From Camelus ferus (lineage: Eukaryota), in NCBI RefSeq assembly GCF_009834535.1, contig NC_045707.1, positions 6,200,001 to 6,264,000 on the forward strand: a DNA stretch of 64,000 nucleotides, read 5' to 3'. Position numbers and translations under genes: made by a program. The stretch's first letter is position 1. Every line of letters begins with the position of its first letter. Of this stretch, positions 1 through 13,400 are shown piece after piece. The notes beneath the pieces were generated by a model. The model saw only the letters and a program-made list of their open reading frames with translations. It was not told the origin of the DNA and did not search any database.

Positions 1-1019
1 GAAACAGGGAAAGTAAGGCACAGGGGTAGGGAGGATTGCTGAGGTCCCTGAAATGCCAGGCCCCCTGCCTGCCTCCCGGACAAGCTGGTACTCTCCTTGC
101 CCAAGGTGGCAGGACAGGTTGTAAGAACCAGCCCTTTGCTCAGGCCAAGCTGCTCCTCCCAAGTCGGCCGGCTGCCCAAACCCTCTACCAGCCACTGTTC
201 CCTGTCCGCCTGCCAAGCTGTGGAGCAGTCCAGGACATTGTGTCCAGAGAGAGGGCCAAGTGGGCCCCTCGCCCGTGGCTGATGACCTCCTACCCCGCCT
301 TTCTGGGCCTCAGGCCAGCCTGGCCTGTCCCTGGCCCTGGCATAAGCGGGAGGCCAGAGCTGCCCTTTCAAAGGCCAGGACAGCACCTCAGCTCCTCTTG
401 GCTCACTGCGACCCTTGCTTAAGAGGGGTGCTCACTGCTCCATACCAGGCCCTCTTTCCAAAAAACCCCAAGTCCCAACAGACAGGCTCCCTGGGGTGCC
501 TTTCAGAGGAAGCCAGCTGGTTTCTTGAGAAGCCTGTTTTCCTGCCCTTGGCATTTTTGCTGTCCTCAAATCCAGCCAGGCCAAGGCGAGAGGACCCCGT
601 GGGCAGAGAACTGACTGTATGTAGCCCTGTGCCCACGTGAGCTGGACACAACCTCATCTCCCCACTGTACGGCTAAGAAAGTGAGCGGCAGAGAGAGGCC
701 AGGATTTGTGCAAAGCCGCACAGAGGCTGAGAGTCACCACTTGGAGCAGGAAGGGGGCTGTCTCAGGGGGCGGGGACGCTTGGAGACCAGAAGGACCTCT
801 GTGGTCTTAGTTGTACTGCCACCTACTCAGAGGTGCGGTTCCCCACTCCCACCCACCGTGTTCTTACCATGTTGCCCTGTTTTGTTTCCCTGACAGTATT
901 TTTCTGCGTGGCTTTTCTCTTTTGTTTCCGAGGTTTACTGTTTTTCTTACCCACTAGAACCTGAGCCTGGTGAGGGCAGGGACATCTTGTCCAACAGCCT
1001 TAGTGAGGAATAACTGATA

Positions 1020-2390
1020 CACAATAAGCTGCACTTAAGGTTTATAATTTGATAAGTTTTGACATATTATATACAATGAAACTATCACCACAATCAAGAT
1101 AATGAATATATCCATCACCCCCCAAAATTTCCTTGTTCCCCTTTTTAATCCCTCCCCCTCTCCAGTCCCCAAGCAACCACTAGTCTGCTTTCTGTTGCTA
1201 CATGATTAGTTTGCACTTTCTAGAATTTTCTATAAATGGATTCAAACAGTATGTATTCTTTTTTTGTTCTGGATTTCATTCAGCATTAATACTTTGAAAC
1301 TCATTCATATTGTTGCCTGTATCAGTAGTTCATTTTTTATTGCTACATAGTATTCCATAGTGTGGGTGTACTGGAGTTTGTTCAACCATTCACCTCTTGA
1401 AGAACATTTGTGTTGTTTACAGTTTGGGGCTAACAAATTAAGCTGCTATGAACATTTGTGTACAAGTCTTTGTATAGATATTTGTGTCATTTTCTTATGA
1501 GTGAACAGGAATGGAATGGCTGGATCATTGTAGATATATGTTTAACNNNNNNNNNNNNNNNNNNNNNNNNNNNNNNNNNNNNNNNNNNNNNNNNNNNNNN
1601 NNNNNNNNNNNNNNNNNNNNNNNNNNNNNNNNNNNNNNNNNNNNNNNNNNNNNNNNNNNNNNNNNNNNNNNNNNNNNNNNNNTGCTCTACCACTGAGCTA
1701 TACCCTCCCCCACAATGTTTAACTTTTAAAGCTTCTAAATTATTTTCCAAAGTGGTGGTACCATTTTACATTCCCACCAGCAGTGTATGAAATTTACTAA
1801 TTCCTCCACATCTTTGGTAACGCTTGGTATGGTCAATCTTTTTCTTTTAGCTTTTTAATAAGCGTGTTCATTGTGGCTTTAATTTGCATTTTCCTAATGA
1901 CTTGTGGTGGTAAGTGTGTTTTCATGTGCTTACTTGCCATTCATATATCTTCTTTGAGAAGTGTCTATTGAAGTCTTGCCCAGTTTTGTATTGGGTTGTT
2001 TTTTCTTTAGAATTGAGTTTTTTTGAAGTGAGATATACCTAATGTATAACATTATATTAGTTTCAGGTGTTTGACATAATGATTTGATATTTATATATAT
2101 CAGATATATTTCATACTGTGAAATGGTATAGTTGAGTTTTGAAAGTTCTTCATAGATCCTGTATATAAGCTCTTTTACCAGATACATAATTTGAAAATAT
2201 TTTCTCCCAGTCTGGAACATCTTAACAGTGTCTAGGGAAAGTTTTTTTATTTTGATAAAGTCCAATTTATCAGTCTTTTATGGATCATTCTTTCAAAGTC
2301 ATCTCTAAGAAATCTTTGCATAACTTAAGATCACAAAGATTTTCCCCCCTGTTTTCTTGTTAGACGTGTTGTAGTTTTAGTTCTACATGT
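1020..2390 (-). mobile_element. Old LINE-1 3' region (L1M-type), interrupted by the SINE at 1547-1711
   Basis: Typical L1 3'UTR motifs (atatatccatcacccc, ctagtctgctttctgtt, ttcaaccattcacctcttgaagaacatttg). ORF-track entry 1930..2265 (MDFIKIK...RIYEELSKLN) resembles a degraded ORF2 C-terminus. Confidence 0.85.
1547..1711 (-). mobile_element. tRNA-Ala-derived SINE (camelid Vic-1-like), mostly in N-run, nested in an L1
   Basis: 1683-1711 is the reverse complement of gggggagggtatagctcagtggtagagca; flanking direct repeat atgtttaac at 1538-1546 and 1715-1723. Confidence 0.75.
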
Positions 2391-2460
2391 CTGCCGTCTG
2401 GATGTCTCTGCGGCTTCTTGAAGGGGTCATTGACGCTTGCTGTGCCCATGGCTTCACCCC

Positions 2461-2513
2461 CTTGTTCCTCCGTTCCTGAGTCTTGCTCCTCCTTTCCTGA
2501 GTCTTGTTCGTCC
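2461..2513 (+). repeat. 21-bp tandem repeat, about 2.5 copies
   Basis: cttgttcctccgttcctgagt / cttgctcctcctttcctgagt / cttgttcgtcc. Confidence 0.85.
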
Positions 2514-5500
2514 CCCGCCCCTGCCACTTCCTGGAGCCCCTCCATGCTGAGTCCAGGTGTCACCGTACGAGCCCACACCAGAGTACTTTCATGTGTGCTG
2601 GGCCACAGCTCCTCACCCACTGGCTTCTATCCACCCTCATAAGAGCCTTCCTGGGCAGGGGAGGAGCCTCCTCTTGGTCCTTATGGCTCCCTTGTCTTCC
2701 TTCTGCTGTAGATCTGATCTGGGTGCCGAAGTCACGGTGACATGGGTCTCTCTTCTACCACTAGAAGTACCCTCCGTCCTCCAGCCGGCCTGTGCCCAGG
2801 GCCCAGCTCAGGACCTGGCACAAAGTAGGGACTCTGGGAAGGTTTGTTGATTGAATTTGTGAGTACATTCCTCACTTCGCTCTGCTCCTAGCCACAGATG
2901 CGGCGCCCTGGAGGTGAGAGACTTAACTCTCACATTGAAGATTGAATCCCAGCTCCTCAGCTATGCTAGAGGGCCCATGCTGTGGCCCTGAGGACTTCTT
3001 CCACCTCATCTTGTGCTGCTTGCCCCTTGTTTGCTGCTGGACTTTTCATTCCCTGAGCACACACACCATGCTTGTTCCTACCTTGCCCTGGAAGTGGCTG
3101 ACCCCTCTGCTGCTCTCTCTGCTAATTCTCTTGTAATGCAGATTAAAAGCTCCCTCTTTGGGACGGTTCCCTTTCCCCTGACCGCCCAGTCTAAAGGGGC
3201 CACTTGGTTGCCAGTTTCAGTTGTCTTAGTGGAACAGCCTCACCATCTGACATATTCCTCACTTACTTGTTTGTGGTTAATAGACCATCATCTTCAGGAA
3301 GATGCCTGGAACAGTGTCCAGCTCTTATGGGGGCTCCATGTTGAACAGTAAATGTTGAATGTTGAGATGTTTAATGCAGTAAATCAGGGCAGAGCCAGGT
3401 GAAGGACCCAGATGTCCAGGTGGCTGGGCCAGGCCTCTTCTCCTGCCTGGATTTACCCAGCCCTGCCACAAGCCAGCATTATTCTGAGCAAGTCCTCATG
3501 CCTGCAGGGCTCTCAGCTGCTAGCCACGTGGTTCCACCCAGGGATCAGCCCATCACTCTTTTCTCCACTCCGTGGGAAACGTACCACAGCACAGGGTCCT
3601 TTAGGGCCCTCACCAGGGCTCGGGAGCCAGTGGAGCAGGAAGAGGTGCTGGCCTAGGGGCCAGCCCAAAGGGCCTAGCTGGGCTGGGGCCTGGTCTCACT
3701 GTCTCTTGTTGTACACATGGGATGGATGTCAGGAGGGGAAAGAGATATTTGACATTACACAGAGTTGGCAGCCGTGAGAACCCACTTCTCTTGCTGGCAG
3801 TGAAATTCCCCAAATTAAAACCCAGCAAATCAGCAGGTTTCTGTTGCCCAGGGGCTTGTAGACTTCCTGGCTGGTCCCAGCCTGTCCTTAGGCCCTGCCC
3901 ACTCAGGACTTGGCTGAACTGGCTGGCCAGACCCAGGGAGAGGAGGGAGGGCAAGAGTGTGCCCCTCCACCCCATGACTCACTCAGGGGGAGGTGGCAGC
4001 GAGGAGACCAGACAGTGGCATCCCCTTGGCCTAAGGGTGGACACTGACTCAGGCAGGCAGTGACGAATGGAGCAGGGTTCTCCTGCCTCCATGACTCACC
4101 CCCACCCGCCCAACTGTTCTCTAGGGATAAACTCCCAGGAGGTTTCGGGACACACATCGAGAGTGATGAGTACAGTTTTCAGGACGCTGTTTTGCTGAGG
4201 GACAGGCAGCCTCCCATCTGGGCAGAGGGCAAACTGGGGGCCAGCTTAGTGTCTGCTCTGAGAATGGAGTTTCCTTTTCCGCCCCAGCCTGGTCCTGCTG
4301 CTGGTGGGGTTGGGTTTCGGCCTGTTTGCTGATGCAAGGCAGCATCCTGGACTGGGTTGGCTGGTGGTGTTTGAGGATGGATGATAATAGCTCTGATGAG
4401 GAAATGATCCTTGTCATTTACTCTGGGTTAGCCACCCTGCTCAGCATTTTCCACTCACTGTTTCATTTAGTTTTCACACATAGGTGTCATTTTTATGCCC
4501 ATTTAAGAGGTAAGAGAACTGAAGTGCCTGAGTAGGCAGAGTGGTTGCTTGAGGTTACCCAGCTAGGGAGCCACAGGGGCAGGAATGGAATCCATGTCTT
4601 CTCAGGGAGCAGAGTCCAGACTCTTTCTGATGGGCACCTTCCTGACACGTTCCCTGGGGAGGGACCTTGGCCTTGCTTTTTTCCTTCCTGGTTTTTCTCT
4701 GCCTCCTGATCCCTGGGCTCCCAGGCTCCCTGTGTACACCTGTCCTGTAACTGCAGTCCCACCTGTGCTCCCAGGGTAGACAGTGGGTGCTCATGGGATG
4801 TTTGTGAATGAATGAGCACTTTTTCCCCAAAGAATTGAGTCTACCAGAATGTTCTTTCTTTCTTTACCTCCAGGTCTACCACTGCACTGCTTCAGAGCCA
4901 GTGTTCGGTGAATAAATGGAGGCATGAACGTATGAATGAATCACTTCTGTGCCTGAGTCCTGGAGAATTTGGAGGTTTGTTCAAATCTGGAGTCTCCATT
5001 CTTTCGGCTGGAGGGGCTGCCCAGGAAGGTAATCCCGGCACCTGAGCTGGGCCTCCCCGGGCCTGTCAGCTCTCTGGCATGTGCACAGGGAGTGGGAACA
5101 GGTGGCTATGGGCCCTCTCATAGCAGGAGCTTTGCTAGGCATTTTATTTATACTAAGAAATAGGAGTGACTATGTGAGGGGCCCTGGGGCCCACAGATGG
5201 GACACCGAGAGAGGCTGGGCTTCTCCTCAACAGGCTCTGTTGGGGGGAAGCAGCTCATGAAGGGGCCAGACATCAAAGGCTCCTGGGACCTTGTGCAGAG
5301 GTGGGATGTTTGGCCTGAAAGCTTCTAGGCCCAGTTTACACACTTGGATGGGGAGGGAATGGGTGTGGACCTGTCTGGGGGAGAGATGTGAGGAAATCCC
5401 CATCCCGCTGATGCCCCAGCCTGGATGGAGGTGGTGCGATCAGTCGTCTTACCCCTACCACCAGTGTCACTCTTCCATAGCAATGACCAGTTTTATACAT

Positions 5501-6445
5501 GAAAAAGTCACACATGGGTTAAAATCTAAGTTTCCCCACTTATTGGCTTTATGAATTTAGCAGGTAATCTAACTTGGAGCCCTTCTCATTGTACCATGGA
5601 GATAACACCTGTATCACCAGGTTGCTGTGAGGGTGAAATAAGATTCAACAAATACCTGTCCGCCCCTTCCACCCAGGGGCCTTGCGGCGCTGATGTGCAT
5701 CACTGCTTGGGAGGTGGCTGAACTCCTACGGAGATCAGGGCTGGCTTCTCCCCAGCCCGGGCTCAGGCAGGCTATCTCACCCCTGAAGCAGATTCAGAAT
5801 TGCCCAGAGAAGGGCCGAGTCTCAGCATCAGGTTTTTGGAACCTGACCTAGGGGGTGGTCTTCTCATCCTTGCCCACTTCTAGGAGTCTAGTGGTCTGGG
5901 TGGGCAAATAGTAGATGGAGGACAGGCTGGAGGTTGAGCTCTTGCTTGGTCTGCCAGTCCCCAAGGAGGGGTGTCCTGATTTCACCACCTGTCAGCAGAG
6001 AGCTGGGGCCGTTCCTGGCCTCGTGGAACCTGTTTCCAATGTGGACAAGGACCCGTGGGAGTGGGCACCCTGAGGTGTCCTGTGTTGATGGGAGAGGTGG
6101 CAAAAAGGGGCCTGTGACACTGTGCCTACCCAGGGGTCGGGTGAGGATGACCAGTCATTTCTTGACGCCAACAGGGGCTGGGTCACTCCCACTCTCTCCA
6201 TACTAAAAGGGACCCCAGAAACAAAANNNNNNNNNNNNNNNNNNNNNNNNNNNNNNNNNNNNNNNNNNNNNNNNNNNNNNNNNNNNNNNNNNNNNNNNNN
6301 NNNNNNNNNNNNNNNNNNNNNNNNNNNNNNNNNNNNNNNNNNNNNNNNNNNNNNNNNNNNNNNNNNNNNNNNNNNNNNNNNNNNNNNNNNNNNNNNNNNN
6401 NNNNNNNNNNNNNNNNNNNNNNNNNNNNNNNNNNNNNNNNNNNNN

Positions 6446-9025
6446 TACCCTGCTCCCCCAAGCTCCTCTCCACGTTGCCTCAATGCCCCCCCCTCCCATC
6501 CCTAGGGGTCAAACTAGAGAATCTAAGCTTACTGCATTGAGAAAAATACATCATTCTGGACTAAAAGTTTACATTCTTTACAAGACAATCCACCTTTTGA
6601 TTTGTTCCTGGGAAAGAGGGGTAGATAGAGGATGGGGAAAGGGGAGAAATAGGCTGTATTCTCCTTTTTTTTATTTTAAAGTTTGTTTTTCCTGAAAAAA
6701 TATCTGTNNNNNNNNNNNNNNNNNNNNNNNNNNNNNNNNNNNNNNNNNNNNNNNNNNNNNNNNNNNNNNNNNNNNNNNNNNNNNNNNNNNNNNNNNNNNN
6801 NNNNNNNNNNNNNNNNNNNNNNNNNNNNNNNNNNNNNNNNNNNNNNNNNNNNNNNNNNNNNNNNNNNNNNNNNNNNNNNNNNNNNNNNNNNNNNNNNNNN
6901 NNNNNNNNNNNNNNNNNNNNNNNNNNNNNNNNNNNNNNNNNNNNNNNNNNNNACAGACTGAAGTGGGCCCAAGAGCCCAGCACAGGAGTCATGCTCCTGA
7001 ACACATACTTTACCTCATATTTCAAAAGACACTAAAGGGGTTGGTCTCCCACTCTCCCTCCATGTGGTGAGAAACAAGCTGGCCAGGGTGTGGTGGGTGC
7101 CTGTGTGTATGTGAGAGGAGGAGTGGGAAGAGGGATAAGGCAGCATCCAACCTTTCCCAGAGAGCAGCCTGGGCCTGTCACCTGTGTGGGAGCTGAGGGC
7201 TAGGGAGAGGGTGGCCCAAACTGGGCTGGCCCCTGAGAAGTCTAGGGGGACAGATGGTGCTGGGCCAAGGAGCCAGAGCATAGCCTGGCTCGGGGAGGTA
7301 GAGCTGGCACCCACTGCAGGGAGAGGAGGCTGGCAGTGTCTGTCGGGGAAGGACACACTGCCACAGCAGTTGCCCACTTGGGGACTGGGGAGGAGGGAGT
7401 GGGGTTTCGAGGGCTTTGGTACTTTCTGGTGATGGGGGCTCTGATGCCGTGTGCGCCACTTGCCGAAGCGTCATAGCATGGAAGCTAGTCCACTGGGGTC
7501 TGGTCAAACAACTTCTCTCCAGCAGAGGTGGGGAGTGAGCCTCTTCAACAGTCCAAACATACCACCTGTGATGACCAAGCGCCTGTCTAGCTCAGCCTGC
7601 CCGGAACTCTCCTCACAGCATCAGGGCCCAGGGGGCTGGGCTGGGCAGTGAGGGGGGATGGCAAGAGGTACCAAGAGGTTCTCAAGCAGGCAGGGGAAGA
7701 AATGTACTAAAACAACATCTGTAACTGAAAGACCAAAGTCTCAATTCAAGGCTTAGGACTGCCCACTACAGGCACTGACCCAAACTCCCACCCTGGGCTA
7801 AGGTAACATAATAGGAGGGTCTCAGTCCAGGGACTTCTCTGAAGTTTCAGAGGCTGGGTACTCCCTCAGCCCCTCACAGCTAACCCCCCCCCCCCCTTTT
7901 TTGGTCAAAACAGAAGTGCAGATCCCTCCGCAGTCTGGAAACCAGTTCCTTCTGCAGTGCTTTCCCCTGGGAGTGTCTTAGGCTCTGCCAGTCTCGCCCC
8001 GCCACGTGAACCATCCTACAAAAGGACTGACAACCCACCCCCGCCCATTCCCCAACCTCATACGTAAATAAGCACTTGCTGCAACCCGGAATCATACCCA
8101 GAAGGGAAGTTTCACATGCCTCGGAATCCTTTAAAGCAGGACAGCAAGCCATGTGCACACACACACATACACACCTGCACCTGCCCCACCTCCCTCTCCA
8201 CCTCAGGCCCAGGGGAGGGGATGCATGGGAGGCGTCACATGTGCCAACCACTGGGTCTTCAGGGCCTCAGTGACAGTCTGGGCCAGGTGGGGAAGGTGGT
8301 GTGGGGCCACAGGGCAGAAATGGAAGGAATTACACTAGACAGAGTGCTGACCTCCCTGGAGTCACGGACATCAGCTCCAGGGGGAGGGTGTCAAGTGGCC
8401 AGCAGCTGCCTAGGGCCCAGGCCTGAGAGGGGGTAGGGGCTGGAGTCAGACCTATTTGGGCGGCAGGGCCCGAGGCCTGCTGAGGTTGGATGGCTCTGAG
8501 TGAGAGGACAGCTGGATGACGGAGGCAGTGACATGGGGCAGCCTCTCCCTGTTCTGAGGAGGGCCAGACCTCGCTGTGGTTCTCCCTTCCCTATGAGCTT
8601 GGACACACCAACCCTAAACCAGGCTGTGGAGGGAGGGCGGACGGGAGGGAGCAGGGAAGGAAGGAGCAGGNNNNNNNNNNNNNNNNNNNNNNNNNNNNNN
8701 NNNNNNNNNNNNNNNNNNNNNNNNNNNNNNNNNNNNNNNNNNNNNNNNNNNNNNNNNNNNNNNNNNNNNNNNNNNNNNNNNNNNNNNNNNNNNNNNNNNN
8801 NNNNNNNNNNNGGCAGGAAAATAGCAGGGGGTTGAGTTAAACACGATTCGGTGCTTCGGGAGCCCCCTCCCTCTCCATGCCTGGGCTGGATCTTTTTTCT
8901 AGAAGTTAGAGTGAGAAGATTGGAAATCTTTTTGTATATTTTTCTTTTCCTCTTTTTTTGGCCTTTCCTTTCCTTTCTCTTTTCTGTGGTCTTGGGTGCT
9001 CCTGGCCCTGCGGGCAGGTGGGCGG
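6446..9025 (-). other. TOB2: TOB2 long 3'UTR (minimum extent; true end probably in N-run 6227-6445)
   Basis: Repeat-free sequence after the stop codon containing a miR-378 8mer seed match at 6555-6562. A U/GU-rich tract on the minus strand just past the gap (6226-6207) resembles a downstream poly(A) element. Confidence 0.6.
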
Positions 9026-10063
9026 TCAGTTGGCCAGCACGACCGGCTGGAACGGCTGGCTGGGGTACTGCATGGTGTTCAGGTTGTAGCTGAGGCCTTC
9101 CACGAAGGGTGTCTTCTCCAGGAAGAGGCTATTGGTGCCACCTCCAAATACCTGGGCCATGTCGAAGCTGCTGCTGTTGCAGGTGCCAGCCCCACTGCCC
9201 CCAAAGGGGGCCGGGGTGCCACTGCCCTGGCCATCGGCCCCATCAAAGAAGAGGCTGGGAGAGGCACCGCCGTTGTACACGAACTCCTTGGCATTGGGTG
9301 AGAGCTGGGACTGAGGGGCCGGGTTGGCGGTGATGAAGTTCAGTGAATGCAGAGACAGAGAGAGGTTCTTCTGTTTCAGCAGGTTGTTAGTGGGAGAGCG
9401 GGCCATGCGAGGCTGCTGCTGTGGGGGCTGCTGGCTGCTTGCCCCACTGCTGGCCACACCACCCCCACCCGCTGCCCCGCCACCCTTCTTCATCTTGGTG
9501 GAGCCAAACTTGGTGGCTGCGAAGGAGGCTGTGGTAAAAGTGATGGGCTGGGCAGAGCGGGGAATGAAGGTGGGGCTGGGCGACTGGCCAAAGGATGGTG
9601 ATGGGGAGTTGGACAGGGAGCTGTCCTGGCTGCCGATGGGCACAAACACCTGGGCATCAGGGTTGAAGCTGCTCTTGATCTCCTTGTCCAGCTCTGGGGC
9701 AACACAGCCCTCGCTGTCATCCAGATACAGCACCTTCACAGCTCCCTTCTCGCCGATCTGGTAGGACACCTCGTAAGGGTCAATCCAGACGCTCAGCTCC
9801 TCAGGAACATTGGCCCGCACATCCTCCACCGCGAGGCCACTCCGCTTGGCGGCCAGCTCCACCACGGGGTCCACGATCTCCCCAATGTGGACACAGCGGA
9901 AGCCAGAGCCCTTCAGTGGCTTGTCAGGGTACCAGTGGCCTTCATATTTCTTTTTCAAGAGCCGNNNNNNNNNNNNNNNNNNNNNNNNNNNNNNNNNNNN
10001 NNNNNNNNNNNNNNNNNNNNNNNNNNNNNNNNNNNNNNNNNNNNNNNNNNNNNNNNNNNNNNN
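9026..10063 (-). CDS. TOB2: Transducer of ERBB2 2 (BTG/Tob family, CCR4-NOT/PABP-binding), single coding exon, about 345 aa
   Basis: Visible frame 9964->9026 reads [24 protein letters not shown]...[19 protein letters not shown] (BTG boxes A/B), two PAM2-like motifs ([21 protein letters not shown]) and the C-terminus QPVVLAN-TGA (stop 9028-9026). The first 33 codons lie in the N-run 9965-10105, so the start at 10063 is inferred from the human N-terminus length. Confidence 0.95.
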   Translation of the reverse strand, partial: XXXXXXXXXXXXXXXXXXXXXXXXXXXXXXXXXRLLKKKYEGHWYPDKPLKGSGFRCVHIGEIVDPVVELAAKRSGLAVEDVRANVPEELSVWIDPYEVSYQIGEKGAVKVLYLDDSEGCVAPELDKEIKSSFNPDAQVFVPIGSQDSSLSNSPSPSFGQSPSPTFIPRSAQPITFTTASFAATKFGSTKMKKGGGAAGGGGVASSGASSQQPPQQQPRMARSPTNNLLKQKNLSLSLHSLNFITANPAPQSQLSPNAKEFVYNGGASPSLFFDGADGQGSGTPAPFGGSGAGTCNSSSFDMAQVFGGGTNSLFLEKTPFVEGLSYNLNTMQYPSQPFQPVVLAN

Positions 10064-10159
10064 NNNNNNNNNNNNNNNNNNNNNNNNNNNNNNNNNNNNN
10101 NNNNNACCACTGGCAGTGTCAGGAAATGTAAGGGGGGCAGCCTTGGGCTCCAGACGACT
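10064..10159 (-). other. TOB2: TOB2 exon 2, 5'UTR portion with splice acceptor
   Basis: Minus strand cctttccttctcatttcccAG|agtcgtctgg; acceptor AG at 10161-10160 after a pyrimidine tract; no AUG in the visible part. Confidence 0.7.
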
Positions 10160-10249
10160 CTGGGAAATGAGAAGGAAAGGCTTCATGAGTAGATATACAG
10201 AAAGCCAGGGGGATCAGTAGCACATGACAGAGAGAGCAGCACCAGCTTT

Positions 10250-10452
10250 GAATCACATAGACTCAGGGTCCTATTTCTGCTCCGCTAGTGACAGGCTTAT
10301 TTGTGTGACTGTGGGCAAGTCACTTTTTTTTGAGCCTTAGTTTCATCAGTAACATGAGGCTATCATGAAGATTAAATTAGTTCAAGAAAGTAAGGTGCCT
10401 CACGCTGTACCTGGTGTATTTTAGTAGGCATCTGATAAAATTAGCTATTATT
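10250..10452 (+). mobile_element. MIR SINE
   Basis: MIR core gtgtgactgtgggcaagtcact...gagccttagtttcatc. Confidence 0.7.
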
Positions 10453-13400
10453 TTAAAGTAATTCTAAAGAAACAGGTGTGCTGTGGTTTTCACTATTTTG
10501 AGAATTCAGGTCACTTAACGAGTGACACCAAAAAAAAAAAAACAACTGAGCTCCTAATTCAGCTGTAAGAGGGAAGGTTCTTGCTAACTTGTCTGTGCTA
10601 TAGCTTGGTGAAGTCATGCTTCCAAACTGTCACAGGCTAACACAGAAGTTAAAAATGTTTAGTTTTCCTCATTAATGGAAAGGGATACAGGTCACTGAAC
10701 AGGAAGTTGTGCTGCCCGCTTTTCATCGGGCTGGGATTCCAGTCATGTCCAATTTGTGACCCGAGGCTCCCCTGGTGTGTGTGCACTCTGGTTCAGAGTT
10801 TGCAGAACTGATTTTTTGCATAACAGTGTAACCAAGGCATGCATATCCATCCAGACAGCCTTCAAGAATCCAGACAGGAGCATGATCCCCAGGAAAAAGT
10901 CAAGACCTGTCATAGTCAGAGGTGTGGATCAATAAGGAACTGCTGACTGGGGGCTGCCCCAGGGAAGCAGAGGAAAGGAGATGGAAGCAGGGCCCTGTAG
11001 GCCAACAAAGCGTTAAGAGCAGTACTGGCGTGGCCTGAGGGAATTTCTGTAGTTTCTGGCTAGAGTGTAGGTGATGAGGGGTTAGAGAAAAGAAATTTTC
11101 CATCACCCTACAGGTTCCAGCTGGGGACCATCATCACTCAGTCTCCCAGGGACTGTCTGACCACCTGTCCTAGGCACCGGACCAGATTTATCAAGTGTTT
11201 GGAGATCCCTGGAGAGAGCTAAACACTCAGATTGTTATTTTGGGATTCTCTCACAGCCAGATCCCACAGAGGTCAAAAAGGTTTATTCCTGAGGTCTGGG
11301 CCAGCTTCATGTCTCAGGAAGATGATCTGTGAGGTCCTGAGAGCCAGTGATCCTAATCTCCTCACTTTCTCCAAAAGGGCAGCTCTAGGCTCATGCTGTG
11401 GGAGATCTGAACTGAAAAGAGCCATCTTTGAGGGCTGACAGAGACTCTGGGTGAGACTATGCTGCTAAGCCAGCACAGACACAAGACTGATCCATGGTCC
11501 GTCAAGGGCATCTTCTGTCTTGTGATAGATCTGGGGCTGGATTTTAATTAAAATCCCTCTGGGTCCAGCACAGAGTATCCAGTGCTAATTCTAGACTTGA
11601 GGATCTTGAGCTTTCTGAACATTTGCTCCAACTCCCTATAATTCTCAGGCCTGGGGCCATGGATCCTAGGGGCATTTGAAGGACTGACTCCTCAGGCAAA
11701 GCTCTCTGGGGTATCAGAAAAAATGCACTGGGTCAATACGGAGTATCTGATGACAGTGGCTAGCTCTAGTCCCACCCTCATTTCAGGTCTGAGTAGACAG
11801 AGAGTCACGTAGGGCATCAACAAAAGTGCCACAAGGCATGTCCTCTCCCAAGCCCTCCACAGGGAGGCATAGGATTCAGGAGACCCTAGCCTTCCCTCCA
11901 TCTCAGCCTCCAAGACTTAATCTCCATGTGTCTTCAAAAGTCTATTCATGGTCACTACACATCAATTCCAGGGTCCTTCTAGGTTTAAAGAGAACAGTAA
12001 AGATAATGGGCTTTCTGTTTCTGAGAATTGGGTCCACACAGTCCTACACCTTTCAAGGCCTTTAAAACTTTGCTGCATATCTGCCTTCCAAGTTCACCTC
12101 CCCTGAACAGCTGAGCCTCAAAATGGGAACATTTTAAATGCAGGCCAAAGTCATTGGGAAATAAGCCTCCCACCCCAAAATACAATAGAATCACTGTCAT
12201 CAGCCCTGCCTAGCTAATCATTTTCTGCAGCATAAGCAACTAAAGCTGCACACCAATTTATACCTCAGTGATGCTGCTACACATAATAAGGAAGTATATA
12301 ATGCCATCTTTGCTTCTTTAATTGGAGAACAGGCCAGGCCAGATGGCTGTGGGGTGGAACCTTACAAAAATGCCGGACAACCAGAATGAGATTTTCTGCT
12401 CTATCAGCTCAGGCTCTAATTTTGACTTCAAGAAGCTTATGGAACAGAGGATTAAAGCATTGGTGCTGCCTTGTCTTTACTAAGGATACTCAGATCAGTT
12501 TGTTCATTTTTTTTTTAAGGGTATGGACAATTCTAGGGCTTATATATTAAATATTCATAGAATGTGGTGAAATTAGAAAGCTTAGAAATAACCACCTTTC
12601 AACTTAAAGGAACAAAAGAGGACTCTTAAGGTCTTTCGCAACCCTGACTCAGGTGCAAAAGGCCAGAAAGGTAGCAAAAAAGGGGGGGGGGGCGGGGAGG
12701 TTAAGTGTTTAACAACAGCAAAATCTACGTTTTGTCAATATATTTAAAAAGTTGCAAATATAAGAGTAAAATTCTGTCCGCTTTTATTTAAAATCTTATC
12801 CTTCTTCACTTGTTTACTTCAAGAAACAAAGTTAAACCTGGATTCAGATCCCGTGTTGACTTGTGTTTTAAAGAGTAAGTGCTTAAAAGAACGTCTTGGG
12901 GGAGAAAGAAGCTGGAAGCCGGCTGCAAGTCAATGATATTGTAATAGTGATTCCAAAGAATTTCTGACAAAAATACAAAGGAAGGTTTCTGAAGAAGAAA
13001 AAACTTAGGTACCTGTAAGATATTCAGACACCTCAAGCCTTAACATCCAAATCGTCTTACAATCAAGAACTACTAGATTCAAAAGAGTTTTGGAAAGAGG
13101 AGTCAGGGTCCTAAATTTTGACGAGGCCAGTAGGTGTCACAAACCGGGTGCTGGGATGTGAGAGCCGGTCTCAGATGGGACAGGGGATTAGCCCCACCCG
13201 ACTCGTCCCGGAGGCAGAGGCCCAGACAGGCGGGTGTGGTTGAAAGGCTTCCAGGACTTGTGCCAACTGACCGAACCACTTCGCTCAGTGTCTCACATCG
13301 TCTCCCCCAAACATAGACTGTGCAAGCCCAAGTGTGACTACAAGGTCCCTTCCAAGTAAAAAAACGGCCCTTACTAAATCACTCCAGGTTTCTCCGAGGG

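Noticed and set aside
1930-2265. 111-aa ORF as a gene
   Set aside because: Degraded L1 ORF2 remnant within the L1 relic.
10064-10186. N-terminal extension MKPFLLISQSRLEPK... of the 386-aa TOB2 ORF call
   Set aside because: It runs through the splice acceptor at 10160 into intron sequence; the real start is in the N-run.
8996-10220. Plus-strand ORFs overlapping TOB2
   Set aside because: Antisense shadows of a GC-rich coding exon.
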